NCBI GenBank assembly: GCA_051362555.1
Contig: CM120640.1
Coordinates: 27,180,503 to 27,244,502 of the forward strand
From: Lingula anatina
Taxonomy: Eukaryota; Animalia; Brachiopoda
Direction: 5' to 3'
DNA: 64,000 bases
Part shown: positions 1 through 13,113 of the stretch, in pieces
Layout: each line of letters starts with the position of its first letter
How positions within the stretch are numbered: the stretch's first letter is position 1
The notes under the pieces: generated by a model
What the model was told of the DNA's origin: nothing
The model's database searches: none
What the model saw: only the letters and a program-made list of their open reading frames with translations
Position numbers and translations under genes: made by a program

Positions 1-126
1 ATTCTTTTCAAATTTATAATTCTCATTTCTAATAAATACAAATTTTAAGATAGAATAACTTTAACTAAGTACTTATTTTTTAAATGATAAAATATGTTGA
101 AGTAGTGAATATCTGTTTGTATTAAG

Positions 127-3100
127 GAAACTCTATGGAGAACAAGCCAGGTTTTTTGAAAGAGAAGTGAAGCCCATACTCAAGCACAAAAAGATGGGTA
201 CAGTTTCAATGGTTAACAATGGCAATGACATGCATGGATCTCAGGTAATACAACATTTTTTATTAATTAAAAAATGCACCAATAGTCAGTGAGGCGTATG
301 TGATTTATGTGATAATTTTGATTAGCTTTTGTGAGTCAGTTAGAAATAAATTTCAATTAAAGCTTAGTAATGTAACTCAAAGAAGAATTACTTCTCTTAG
401 AATTTATAGATTAGATTGATGATAGCTTTGTTTTAACATTAAAAAATGTCTTTTATTTTATTTTAGTTTTTCATAACAACTGGAGATAATTTAGACTATT
501 TGGATGGCTTGCATACAGTGTTTGGTGAGGTGTCAGAGGGTTTTGATACCCTCAGTAAGATAAATGAGGCTCACTGTGATCAAGAGAACCGTCCATTCCA
601 AGATATAAGGTGCACTATTAAGATATTGATTTTTAGTTAGCTTTTTTCTATATGTTTAATTTCGTACAATAAAACATCAGCTTTAGAGTTTTTTGCAGAT
701 TATTAATTAACAATTATTGACTTTTTTGGCTGATAGCGCATTTTCCTCAGATACATGTTATATCTTGCACTGTAACAATCATTGTTTGTAACATATTTAA
801 AATAAACGATGCAATGTTAGAAGGTTATAATTGATGACAACTCTGTATGCTTGATAGGATGGCATATAAACAGTTGAGTGCTTACTTTATATCCTATTAT
901 ATCCTATTTTGATATCTGCAGGATACTGCACACAATAATCCTAGATGACCCTTATCCTGACCCACCAGGGTTGGAAATTCCAGAAAGATCTCCTGAACCA
1001 AGCAGAGAAATGTTGGATGTGAGTTACTCATAGTATCATTTTTTTTTTTTCATTTTTAGAAATGTTTGAGCATATTTATTATTATTATTATTATTATTAT
1101 TAAAACATCAATTTTTAATGTCATTAATATAATTATTTTGCCAGAGTGGTCGCATAGGGTTTGATGAAGAAATAGATGACACCAAAGGGAAATCAATGGC
1201 AGAGATTGAAGAAATGATGAAAGAGAGAGAAGCTAAAGCAAATGCACAGATCCTAGAAATGGTAAGCTAGGTGTTTTGTACATAATTCCTCTGCTGATTT
1301 ATTTTAATAAGTGGATGAATAAATGGGACAGATAGGTGTGCTGAATCTAGTTATTTGAATGTTTACTTTACTTTTATAATTTCATAAACATTAGATGATA
1401 GCCTTCATGTATGTTACCAGTCATGTGTTAACTTAAATGTTCATCTATTATATTTGATATCATAGGTTGGAGATCTCCCAGATGTAGATGTTAAGCCAGA
1501 AGATAATGTGTTATTTGTTTGTAAACTCAACCCTGTAACAACTGGAGAGGACTTGGAAATTATTTTTTCAAGATTTGGAAACATATTAAGGTAACTTTAT
1601 TTGTATTATAGGAGTTACCATTTGGAAAGCTGCATATTTGTATTTAATATTTATTTAGGATATATTATGCATGCTTTTGTAGTATGTACCAAGGGTAGTT
1701 AAATGAAATAGATGTATTTGAAGTGTTAAACTTTTTTTTTACTGGATAGACCTAGACATGAAATATTCGAGATGTTTATATTAGTTAAAGAGAAAAATAT
1801 ACAAAGATTACTTTTTTTAGTTGTGAAGTCATCAAAGATCAGAAGACAGGTAATTCCTTGCAATATGCATTTATTGAATTTGAAAAGGTAGGTTATTGTA
1901 CACATTTTATTTTAAAAGGCATTTCAAAAGATTTGAGAAAAAGAGTTTTCCTAACTAACTTTTGAAAGTCTCCAACTTAACGAAAGCACCATGTAAAAGT
2001 ATATTTTATATCACTAATGTCTTTTTCTTCATGTGGTATGGAAGTACAATTTTTACATAGTGTATTAGCTGTGTTTAAGACTGTTTTAAAAGTTCTTTTT
2101 AAATTAAAACTCAAATTGATTCTTTTTTTTTTATTATTGTTCTCATCTCATACACATTTACATGTCCATTTAGCTTTTTACTCCTCCTGAACACTGGAAT
2201 TAAAGCTCTTTTAATTTGACAGTATTTTAATAGATTGTTATTTTATTGGTACTTGTTGCTTCTCATTTGAACCATTCTTCAGAAGCAAAAAATTGATAAC
2301 ATTGGGGGATTTGTGTTTCACCTTATTCAGGCTAGCGAGTGTGAGAATGCATATTTTAAGATGGACAATGTATTGATTGATGATCGAAGGATACATGTTG
2401 ACTTCAGCCAGTCTGTAGCTAAGATTAAGTGGAGAGGAAAAGGTATGACATTTACACAAATAACAAGGGCATACATAATTGAAAATGACAACATTGACTG
2501 TTTTAACTATTTAAAAATTGTAACTTTGTTAATTATTAAAATTATGAAACATGTAAGACGATTTAATTTTTTTGAGTAAGGAGTAGCACAGATATAATGC
2601 TTCTCTATGTATGTTCAGTATTCCCCAAAATGATTGTTCAAGTAAATAAACCTAGTGTTGCTTTAAGGAATTGTACATTGTTTTTTGAAATGAATCAAGC
2701 ATTGCTTTGAGATAAATTATATCGTATAGAAATTGTATTTTGTTTTTTATCAGGAAAAGGAGTTGAACATGTTAATGAAACCCGTCAAAAAAGTCCACCA
2801 ACATACGTGTTGAAAAACCAAGAAAGAAAAGACAAGTATCCTTTTAAAAGTTAAAGCCAAAATTTTTGTTTGAAAAACAAAAGTACAAGTTACCTTTATA
2901 ATGCTTTACCTGTGCACACGTTTTCTTATAACTCAATAAAAGCATCGTCATTTCTTGCATTTTCTTGTTCTAAGTGGTGTGATCTGGTGCAATTGTATTT
3001 TGATAAAAATCTGTAGCAATTATTTTAAAAAGATGGCAATCTTATCTGGTTTGGTATATATTTAATGTGAAATCCTTAATGTGTCATAGCAGGTATGATT

Positions 3101-3752
3101 TTGTATATTCTGATGAAGAAGTTGAAGACTCGAAGAAAAATAAGAAGCATATAAAGGACAAAGATCGCAGGTCTAGATCCAGGGAGAGAGATAGAAAACA
3201 AGGAAAGGTAATTACTTTCACAAATAAGATATCTCCAGAATATTGTATAACTGTCTTATATTCCTTTTGGGTGGGGATTTTTTTAAGTAAAAGAATTTAA
3301 AGACTCAACCTGCAACTTTTATGAGAAATAAGAAAAATTAAAAAATCCACTGATTTTAAAAAGATGACCGATGTATATGCTACAATACTTTGATATAATA
3401 CTTATCAATTTCTTAGAAAAGTGAAAGAAAAAGGTCAACAAGTCCCTCATATAGGAAAGACAGGCAAAGAGATCATAGACGGCAAAAGGAGAGAGAATGG
3501 GACAGAGATACAAGAGAAAGAGACCGGGATGATGACAGAGAAAGAAGAGAAAAAGACAAAGATCGGGACAGGGATAGAAGAGATAGATACAGAAATGAGG
3601 ACAGAGACAGAAGAGACAGAGAGAGTGAAAAACGTAGGGACAAAACATACAAAAAGAAAGACAAAAGCAGAGCAAAGTATAGTGAAAGTTCAGATGAGGA
3701 TTTTAAAGAAAGAGACAAGTTTAAACGCAGAGACAGGTCTCGGAGCAGGTAG
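127..3752 (+). CDS. PPIL4: Peptidyl-prolyl cis-trans isomerase-like 4 (cyclophilin + RRM + RD/RS-rich tail), 5'-truncated by the window, multi-exon
   Basis: Exons 127-244, 467-609, 922-1018, 1145-1261, 1466-1590, 1821-1887, 2331-2442, 2754-2835, 3093-3207, 3417-3752 join in frame. Cyclophilin motifs: '[34 protein letters not shown]', '[21 protein letters not shown]'. RRM: '[61 protein letters not shown]'. RD-rich tail ends in TAG at 3750-3752. Confidence 0.96.
2836..3092 (+). other. U12-type (minor spliceosome) GT-AG intron in PPIL4
   Basis: 5' splice site GTATCCTTTT at 2836; U12-like branch TCCTTAAT at 3073-3080; no polypyrimidine tract; acceptor TAGCAG at 3087-3092. Splicing keeps the frame (..[13 protein letters not shown]). 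Confidence 0.88.
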
Positions 3753-4340
3753 CTGATCAATTAAAGAAGAAAAAGCATACAAATAAAATCAAGTTGCATA
3801 TATTCACATGCACTCTTATCAGATATATGCATAATTTGTGTACATTTTTAAATTTTGATAATTGTTTTCAGTGTATCTCAATACTTTAAAGCAAGAAATA
3901 AATATTTAAAACATTTTTATAAAATTTTATTACAAAGTACCTAGACCAGCTAGTGTAGTTTCAATAGTTACATAAACAGCAGAGAAATGTTTTTAAAAAC
4001 TGCTATGTATGCATTAATCAATACAATTTCACAAACTTCCATTGACATTTTCATTAACAATACCTCAAAACTTTAAGATATTTAATGCACCTTACTGTTT
4101 GACTTTCAAAGTGAAATATTGTTAGAACATTCCATTAGTCTCTTAAAAAAATTTATTATTATCATCAGTCACGTTTCCGGCTGTGCCCATGTTGTGCATA
4201 CATTAACATAACTTTGAATATATGATGGTATAATAAGCTTCATAGATAAAATAAATTCAAACCCTGTCTACCCTGGCTATGAACTCGAGGGCCATTAGTC
4301 TTTATTTGGAATGGAGACTCACATATTCTAACAAATTATT

Positions 4341-6808
4341 TTAATGCATCAATGAAGGCACAGTTGAGCCTTCTCTCATCTTGTTCCTGAGCTGTATTCT
4401 CAAATCGCTGTTCTCAATGGAATGCCACTTGTAGTCTTTCCCAGTCATGGGTTCTGCTTTCATTTGATATAACACTGTTAGACATATACCATCATTTACT
4501 GCTTCCAAATCACCCGAATGTTCAACTGACAATACACCACAAACTTTGATGTCTGGGGTATTTTGTCCAGAGTTTAGAGCAACCTGTGGAAGAAGACATA
4601 GCTCTCATTTTCTTTCTAGACTTTTTGATTGCATGGTTGAAACTTAAAACAAGAAAAGGGTTTTACAGTTATAATTTTTTTAAAATTCATTTATCTTTAT
4701 CACATGGTCTATATGTGGATGAAATTGTGTAATAATTGTAACCATTTTGATTAACACAAGTTTCCATGATGTATACCTGATAGTGTGGTACAAACCTGTA
4801 AACATCTTGAAACTGCATACTTGAGATTGTCTTTTCGCCCATATATTACTACTACTGGTAAATGAGGGAAATCCTTACTGCAGACTAGAACTTTCTCCCT
4901 GTCACTTAAAAGAAATCCACGATTATTTCATTGTTTGTTTATAGTTGTGTAAAAAGTGTAGAAAAGGATTTGGTGAATGGACAGCATTTCTGTTTAAAAT
5001 TAAGGGTTAATTCTTCTCACTATATTGTATATGTTGAAACAAATCATGAAAATATGTATAAAATATTTTATTTCCTTATAATATATTTTGCAATGAAAAG
5101 AATAAAAGTCCAATGGATCATACCTGCATACAGCAACAATGAAAAGACGAAGTAAACATTTTTGGTGTGGTGTTATGAGAGGCATGCAAGGAGGAGGCCT
5201 TCCTTTATCATCCAAATTATGGTATCTTTGTCCTATCTCTATTAAATAGAGAATATCCTTCAACCTGAAATTTAAAATTTAAATATGAACAATAGGGTAT
5301 ACATATGCATCGTCTTTCACCAAGAATTCTGAATATTTAAGGAAAAAATTTGCTCAACAAAATGGGCCTTCTTCCTATGCAATTTAAATAGACAGGAAAT
5401 TTATATTTTGGATGAACATCTTTAGAACCAGAAACTTAAAGAGATAATAACTGATCGTTTTGGCCAAAAAAAAATTTTCCTGGAGTAAACACCAATCTTC
5501 CTATATTTACCAATGGTTAATGAATCCATTTCTACATTCAAAGTTAGTCCCTGTTTTTTTTTCTTAAAAGTTTGTTTTTATGTAATAATCTCTTAAGAGA
5601 TTATAACAAATTATAGCCATCTAAGGAGGTCATGTGGTCCGATGACAAGCTCAGATATCAGAATAATAGCTATAACTGCCGTTTTTGTGGTAAAACAGAA
5701 TATGTTATATTTCATTGAGTTGTTTACAATGTTTCTATTGTTAAATATAGATCTCATACGAAGAGTTATTATCCCTTTAATGCAGGTGAGTGCACTGATA
5801 CCTGAGAGGTAGTTCTTCTTTAATGCTTTCCACAGAGTACCATTTTGCTTGAAGTGATTCAGCATCTTGCTCTTTCAGGGTTTTTAATTTCCCACCTACA
5901 AAAAATGGATATATTGTTTTGTGCATGAGAAACTATAAAAATTTATTTTGATAGGTCAAGTAGTTCTTCCCACATTGAAAATTGAAAATTGAAAAATTGT
6001 GTCATCAGCAAAATATTTTCATTATTTACCTGTTACTTTTCCAGTAAAAGTAAACCTATACCAGGTACCGCATTGTGTTTCAACTGACAAAAGTGTTTGG
6101 GGTTCAAATTCCAGACCAGTCTCCTCCAACACTTCCCTTTTAGCTCCTTCCTGAAAAAAGTATTTTGAACAAATTCAAATTGGGAGATTTTAAATCCATC
6201 CTTTGATTCATTTTTAAAACCAGGTTTCATTTTAATATGTCCTGGGAAACTGATGATTTAGTTTCATTTGGATAACAACTTCTTACAGAAAAATAATCAT
6301 TATCATAATGACTTAAAACAGAAATGTTACCTTCAGTGTTTCATTTGTCTCCAGCCTTCCTGCAGGTAGATACCATTTCCCCCGACAGGACTCCTTTGCT
6401 TCCTGCATCATGAGGACTTCATTCTGGTCATTTATTAACAACCCACATACAATATAACATACAGTTCTCTTGGTGTGGGGTATAAAGGCCACTGCAAAAA
6501 AAGTAAAAATAATTATGAATAGCCAATAATAGTTCAAAAATGCGTAGATCTTTTCATTTGGTTACTTAAAAACTCTTGTACATTGTACTTTATCCAAAAT
6601 TGTCCTTAAACTATTGGCTATAAAAAATACCTTATTCACCTACATGCTAAGGATATTTATTATGTCGCTAGACTATGTACCGGTATTTCTTATATCATAT
6701 ATGTATCATACCAGGGTTTGGATCATCTATGTCAACATTCAGAGTTGGAAGTCCAGTGTTCAGCAAGCAATGCTGCAGCTGAGTTTCAATATCATTACAG
6801 GTAGCCAT
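4341..6808 (-). CDS. NUDT18: Nudix hydrolase, 8-oxo-dGDP phosphatase NUDT18-like, multi-exon
   Basis: Exons 6808-6712, 6491-6331, 6150-6030, 5895-5802, 5264-5124, ~4904-4777, 4583-4341. 'EVLMMQEAKESCRGKWYLPAGRLETNETLK|EGAKREVLEETGL' contains the Nudix box. Also 'WYRFTFTGKVTGGKLKTLKEQDAESLQAKW' and 'CGVLSVEHSG..NDGICLT'. A non-coding first exon probably ends at the donor at ~7445. Confidence 0.9.
5440..5776. mobile_element. Non-autonomous DNA transposon (Kolobok-like MITE), copy 1, in a NUDT18 intron
   Basis: TTAA on both flanks (5436-5439, 5777-5780); TIR AG(A/G)GATAATAACT..AGTTATTATCCCT; 337 bp; inverted homologous copy at 32263-32599. Confidence 0.85.
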
Positions 6809-7439
6809 GTATTTTTGTGGATGCAAGCTACAAAACAAAAAAATAAAATAAAATAAAATAAAAAAATTAATGAAACAAATAAATTTCTCTTAGTATTATA
6901 TTTCAAGGAAAGCTTTTGCATAGAACTTCACTTGCCTGGCAGTTACGCCAGTGGTTCAGTAACACACACTACACACTAAATGTAGAAAAGGGCAGTGCCA
7001 TTTCATTTGCTCATTTCTTTCACTAATCATATTTCATGTACCATTTTTATCTTTATTTCTGAAATTATCTACCAACAAATCACTGGCTAGATACTAATAT
7101 ATGGTGACTCCTGTCCATGCATCCACACAGTGACACACATGCACATGTTCACACACACCCAACTCTGCAAAAGAGATTTTTCTAAGTTTTTTTAAATATT
7201 AAAAACATTCGCTGTTGCCACTGACATACGGGATGCAACAGCAACACTCAACTTGGCACGGCCATGACACACAAGACAAGCTAGCAAAATATCAAAAATA
7301 ATCAGCAATCACCCCAACATTTTTCATTCAATGCGTCATTTTATCTTTGTAAACGCCTTTTTCGACTAGCATAAAAGACTGTTTTTATTGTTGCCTATTC
7401 CTTTACTTAATGAACACTCATTCATTTCCGTCTTTAGTG

Positions 7440-7545
7440 ATTTACCATTTCTTTCCGCCAGGTGCCGCTCACATGCCGGAAAAGGGTGCAACGCATGCGT
7501 TAGATTTCCTTTAGTTTGTGGACAAACAATTCAGCGAGGTAAAAT
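7440..7545. promoter_or_regulatory. Bidirectional promoter NUDT18 / ZDHHC
   Basis: CpG-containing patch with a minus-strand donor at ~7445 (AATG|GTAAAT) and a plus-strand donor at 7539 (GAG|GTAAAA); ETS-like CCGGAAA at 7476; NRF1-like 12-bp palindrome AACGCATGCGTT at 7490-7501. Confidence 0.7.
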
Positions 7546-7710
7546 TTCTCATATTATCACTGTTTAAAGTCGTTTTTAACTTTCTTTATTGATTTTTATA
7601 TGATATCTTTTTACGTTCCTTTAAGGAAGATCATTTACTTTTTCAGATCTAGACGTGAAACCGGCATATTTAGGATGATCTGATGTTGATGATTTTGCAA
7701 TGTCCGTGAG

Positions 7711-10700
7711 ATGACAGATGCTGAGTACTCGCCTGTTGCTACTGATTCTCCCACTAAACTGTCAGTCGAAGAAATAGTGAAGATGTCACATACGGCACGG
7801 AAATGGGAGGTGTTCCCAGGGAGGAACAAATTTTGCTGTGACGGAAGGATCATGATGGCCAGACAAGCAGGGATATTTTATTTCACATGCATTCTGATCA
7901 TTGGGACATGTCTGTTGTTCTTTATATTTGAGTAAGTAAACAATGTGTTATGAACTTCAAATCCATATTTTTAAAAGATTTTTTCTATATTGTATTTCTA
8001 GTTAATGTAGTGCTTAATTTGAATGAAATGGGAAGAAGTATATGAATCTGCTTGGCTGATGATTAATTTTGAAGAGTTAGTTTGAAATGGTTTCTCTTTT
8101 GTTTGCCCTGAATTCAGTGAAGAGCAGTATCAGAAATAAAAAAGGGAATATTTTCAGCTTTCTAAATAGAACATATTTATTCAAGCTTCATCTTAGGAAT
8201 CTAAGATAAATAATACTGTGTATCTTATGATAGTGGAATTCATGAATATAACATTGATTATATATTCTTAAAGTATTGAATGATTAAATTCATAGTTGGG
8301 AAGTACTATGTAATTAAGGAAGGTTTGTGTAAGTAAATCACTGGTTAAGCAATTTAGATCAAAATTTTATAAGATCAGATCATGCATTCATACAAGTTGC
8401 AATACAAGGTTACATCATATTTAATTAGATTGAATAATTTTATTTAGATGAACAATGTATACATTCAAGGCTACTGAGTTTATTGTTATGGCAGTTGACT
8501 TGAATTTGAAGTTATTTTCTTTGACATTTGGTTCTTTTTGTCATACTCTGGACTTAGCAAAGCTGATTTCTTCTTTTTCTACTTAAGCATGCTATCTAAC
8601 TATTATCAAATATCAGTCAGGTTATTGAAAATTTAAATCTACCTACTTATTTCCACACAAAAACTTCTTATCGTGTTTATTTTGGTAATTGCTTTCCTGA
8701 GTCATCAGTTGATTGGTTCGTGAATCTAAAAAAAACAATAGAGACAGAATGACTCTATAATATCACATTATAATGAATTTGAACCAGAAATTGAAGCAGA
8801 GTCGGTGGTAGCCCTTTTGTACATTTTATTATGATATTTTCTTGCACAAAGCACCACCTCTTGTATCAAAGCTACTAAACAGCCCATCATTATTATTTAA
8901 CTTTCTCAGTCAAAGTGCAGTTTAAAAAAGGTGCACCATTTTTCAGCTTTTATTATGATATTATGACAAAGAAAGGTGTTTAAAAAATCTCTTTAAATCT
9001 GCACAGTGGTACAAGCAGGTAAATTTCAAGTAAGCCACTGAAAAAATAATAATAAATTGAAAAATGCAAATACTATGGCTAGAAGTTTCCACTGCATTTA
9101 AATTTGTTTCTTCAACCTGGCATATTGGCAAGAGTAGATTAGTCTTTTTCCTATCAACTTTCTCATGAGAATATCAGTGTGAGTTTTGACGTTAATCTTA
9201 CACCTTTATCATCCTCCTCATGCAGATGCATCCAATATCATGTTCCTTATGCTTTGCACGAAGTGTCTAGCCATCATCAGATTTGAAATCTCCTATATCT
9301 TCTGATTGCTCTCTCTAGCAACACAACCAATAGAGTAGAGTGTTCTTCCTGTATACTGAGGAAGATGGTTTGATCCTTGGCCAGTGAAAGTCACCTTCTC
9401 ATTTCTACAATAGTTGAAATTGGTGATACATTATTGAAACATCAGTTTTGATTAATACTTCATAATGATAGCTTGTGCCTCATATAATTAACTTTAGGGA
9501 AAGTGAGCATTGTTTACTGCGTGTTGATGTGGTTTGCATGATTTATCCTTGAATTCATTCATCATGAAGTGGTGCAAGGTTGATGAACACTAAATGGTTT
9601 GATTGTTCAAATACACAACATATCCTGTATTAGTTATTACTCTCTGAAGTTGGTTGGCACTTTTCCTTATGCTAAGTTTTGATAGTAACTTTGGAAACAG
9701 GATGTTGAAGATATGAGAAGCACATTATAGGCATGTTAGAAAGTATGTTTATTTGAATAACTAAAAATGATAAATCTTTTAAAAAATGAAATTTGTGAGA
9801 TGTTTGACATTTGTGAGAAAATTAATTCTCTTACTGTTTTCAATGGTATCTGATCACATGCTCTGGTTTTCCAATGGACATTTATTTACTGTATATTTTG
9901 ATGCTCTCTAAGCTCATGTATGAATTATATAACAGTCCTAATTTCAAAGGTCACTTCCAGAAAACTGACAATCAGAAACTGAATGAAAATGCAAAAATAA
10001 ATTATCATAAATTTCCTTGACAGTAGATTAGTTATATTCTTGCTTGTTGGCCTGAATGTAATATATCAGAAGACTAAAAATAACAAATGTTCATCAACTA
10101 CATTAAAACAAAAAATGGTCTTGAAACTGATCTGTGGTTTTATCTTTACCTCTTCTGTCAGTCATGGCATCTTATTAAGAAAGGGAAGTAAGAGCTGCCA
10201 CTAAGCTGCAGTTAAACCCTGCACCATCTGTTTTACTCAATTTTGTTTTAGAAACAAACTATCTTTGATTCGTAATTGTAATTTGCGGTTATCGAAGTCC
10301 CAGTGGTAGAGATAAAACTTACATATAGGTCATTAGAATGGTTCGGCATCATTTGGTATACAGTCAGTTTTCTTATCTTAAATCTACATTAGTCTGACCA
10401 TTGGTGGATTTAAATGTTTTATGTGTGTGGGATGAGTACATTATAAGGGTTGTATAAAGCCAATAACTGCCTCAAACATTGATCTCAGAAAGAAAAGTTG
10501 TTCTCAAGGCCATGTTTGGTAGAGATTATTTGGGAATATATCAATTTTATTTGATGGGAATATTCATGATTGAAAAAGTGTCCCAAACTGACTTTGACTG
10601 GGTTCCCATACCTACTAGTAGATCGATCTAACAGGATCTATCCATCTCCAAGGGGTTTCTTGCTAAATTGCTTTCAGCTTAAGCAGCTTAGATGTCTGGC

Positions 10701-13072
10701 ACGCCTACTGAAGCTGCTAAGCAATAATTAATTACCCCCTAGCAGCTTCATTAAGCATTACAGACGTCTAAGCTGCTTAAGTAAATTGCAATTTAGTGAG
10801 AATCCCCTTGGAGATAGATCGATCCACAGTTAGTACGATAGGGTCTGGGAATGGTCCCTTGGATCACTTCATGCACCATAGCATATTCTTTGGATTAGAT
10901 TTACATTTACAAAGGGGTTGATACTAGCTTGATAAATATGCAGTACACAAGCACTGTACATAACTACTTTAAATAAACAACAATAAAAATTCATCAGAAA
11001 GTGAAAGTCATATAGAAATTTGATATCAAGTACCAGTTGAAATTATACTTCAAACAAAGTTTTAGTAGATCTATATTTAAAAAGTGCAAGGACGTCCATC
11101 ATGTTTGAGAAGATAAATGTTTTCATTATGGGATAACAGATGACAAGCAAGATGTTACATATTGCACAACTTTCCTACATGATCACTACTGAGCACATTA
11201 AACATATCAATTTTGATTTACTTCTTAAAGGTTTATCTTGATGCATCTATATAATGAATAAAAATTCATAATATTGTAATATCTAAGATATCTGTGAAAA
11301 TGCCTTACTATTGTTTCATATGCATTGCAGATGAGATATGCAACTGTCTATTTGAAAGGGTTAAAATGTTAGGACAAATATATTATTATGTATACCATTT
11401 TCAAGCAGCATCTGTATTGATACAGAATGAGCAGTGCATTAGTCCATTGCAAATACCATTTTGTATGTAGCTTTTTTTTTTTATCCTGTGAGGTCACCTT
11501 GAAGCTCTGGTAAAGAAAGTATTTAGCCCTTTGAAGTCATAATGATTTAAAATCAAACTTTGATGGATATCGTGAAACTATTTACAAAAAAGCATTGCAG
11601 AAATAACATTTGAATGTTAATGCATTAATTTGTGTGTATAAATAATGTATACACATGCACAATATGTAGAAACAGTTACACCATTATGCCAGGCTAACTA
11701 GGTTGTAATTAAGGCCTCTCTCCTGTACTTTCAGTGCAGGCGGAAGTGTGTTGTACATGCTTTCTAACATCTGATGATATATTTTTATTTTAGAATACCA
11801 CAGGTATTTCTGTTTGTCTACTTAGATGCAAGTTGTCTCACATTAGCACAGGGTATTATGTAGATAAGTATAATATAGACACCAGATAGATCAGTTATTG
11901 ATTAAATCATACATAGACTCTGAAACCCATTACCAAGAATGTATTTACCAAATTGGTAAAAATCAAAATTATACCTGGGTAAACAGTTAGGATTTTGGTA
12001 CCTGTGAGCTCCAGCCATTTTATCTTTCTACAGACAGTTGTATATGGTGATGTTAAGCAGTGTTAAAATAAGGAATGACATTGATTGAAATATGTATTGT
12101 AATGATAGACGTGATTATGTAGTAGTCTGCTGGAAATGAAAGGTTGGGTTTCTGTGCACATACCAATTAGCAAGTTCAACTGTTTCTTTTAGATCAGTAA
12201 TTGTGCCTTTGCTTTATATGTTACTCACCAATATGAAATTTACTTAAATACATATTTCTACTACTGCTTTAAAGAATGTAGCACACTACTAGATTTTTAC
12301 CAGGTTGTGAAACCTTTAAGATGTCAAAAAATTATAAATATATATCATGAAATGAATAAAATTTTAATACTTAATAATTTTGCATGTAAAAACAGATTTT
12401 TAAATACAATTCAAAATTATAATTTCTTGTTAATTCAGGAATGTGGAAGGTTAAAAAAATTTTCAGGTTTTTAAGAAAATGCTGAATTACTTGTACAGCT
12501 TGAAATATTGCTTCTTACACTTCTGGATGTTGTTAAATTGCAAATCAATACAAGAACGTGCTGCAGTATTATGTGTACTTGCTCTGTGTAATAGTATGAT
12601 TCACACCAGGCTTGGGTCACCATATGACTGATGACTTAGGAGCTAAAGTATTGAAGAATTTGTTTGATACCTTAATTTTATTTCCTTGCATTTATCATAG
12701 GGTGGCAATTTTTATATTGGGGTTTCATATTTTGGTACATATTTCTTAGAATGGTAGAGTGGCTTTCATGATATTTTGAAGATATTTATACCATTGAAAG
12801 TAAGATTGATGAAATGTGTTTAAAACTGAAGCAAATAATATGTCTTAACAATGATCTTTGCAATAAGTTTTGACCTTTGCTTTGCAATATTCTTTTGTAG
12901 AAATGATTCATTTGGAGAAAATATATGAGGAAAGATCATAACATTAAAGGATTATTCATCCCTCCACTGTGAGATACAAAACTATTTTGAAAAAAAGGTT
13001 TTTGTCTGAATTATGCATTCCTTTACCATACTGGATCAATTTATCAAAAGAATACTGCAAATTGAATATGTG

Positions 13073-13113
<41 letters not shown>

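Noticed and set aside
3319-3760. ORFs of 118, 111 and 95 aa over the PPIL4 3' end
   Set aside because: Alternative-frame or antisense shadows of the low-complexity RD-rich last exon.
9330-9400. CTGAGGA..GAAA hammerhead-like or SINE-head-like motif
   Set aside because: Stems do not pair convincingly; at most a decayed repeat.
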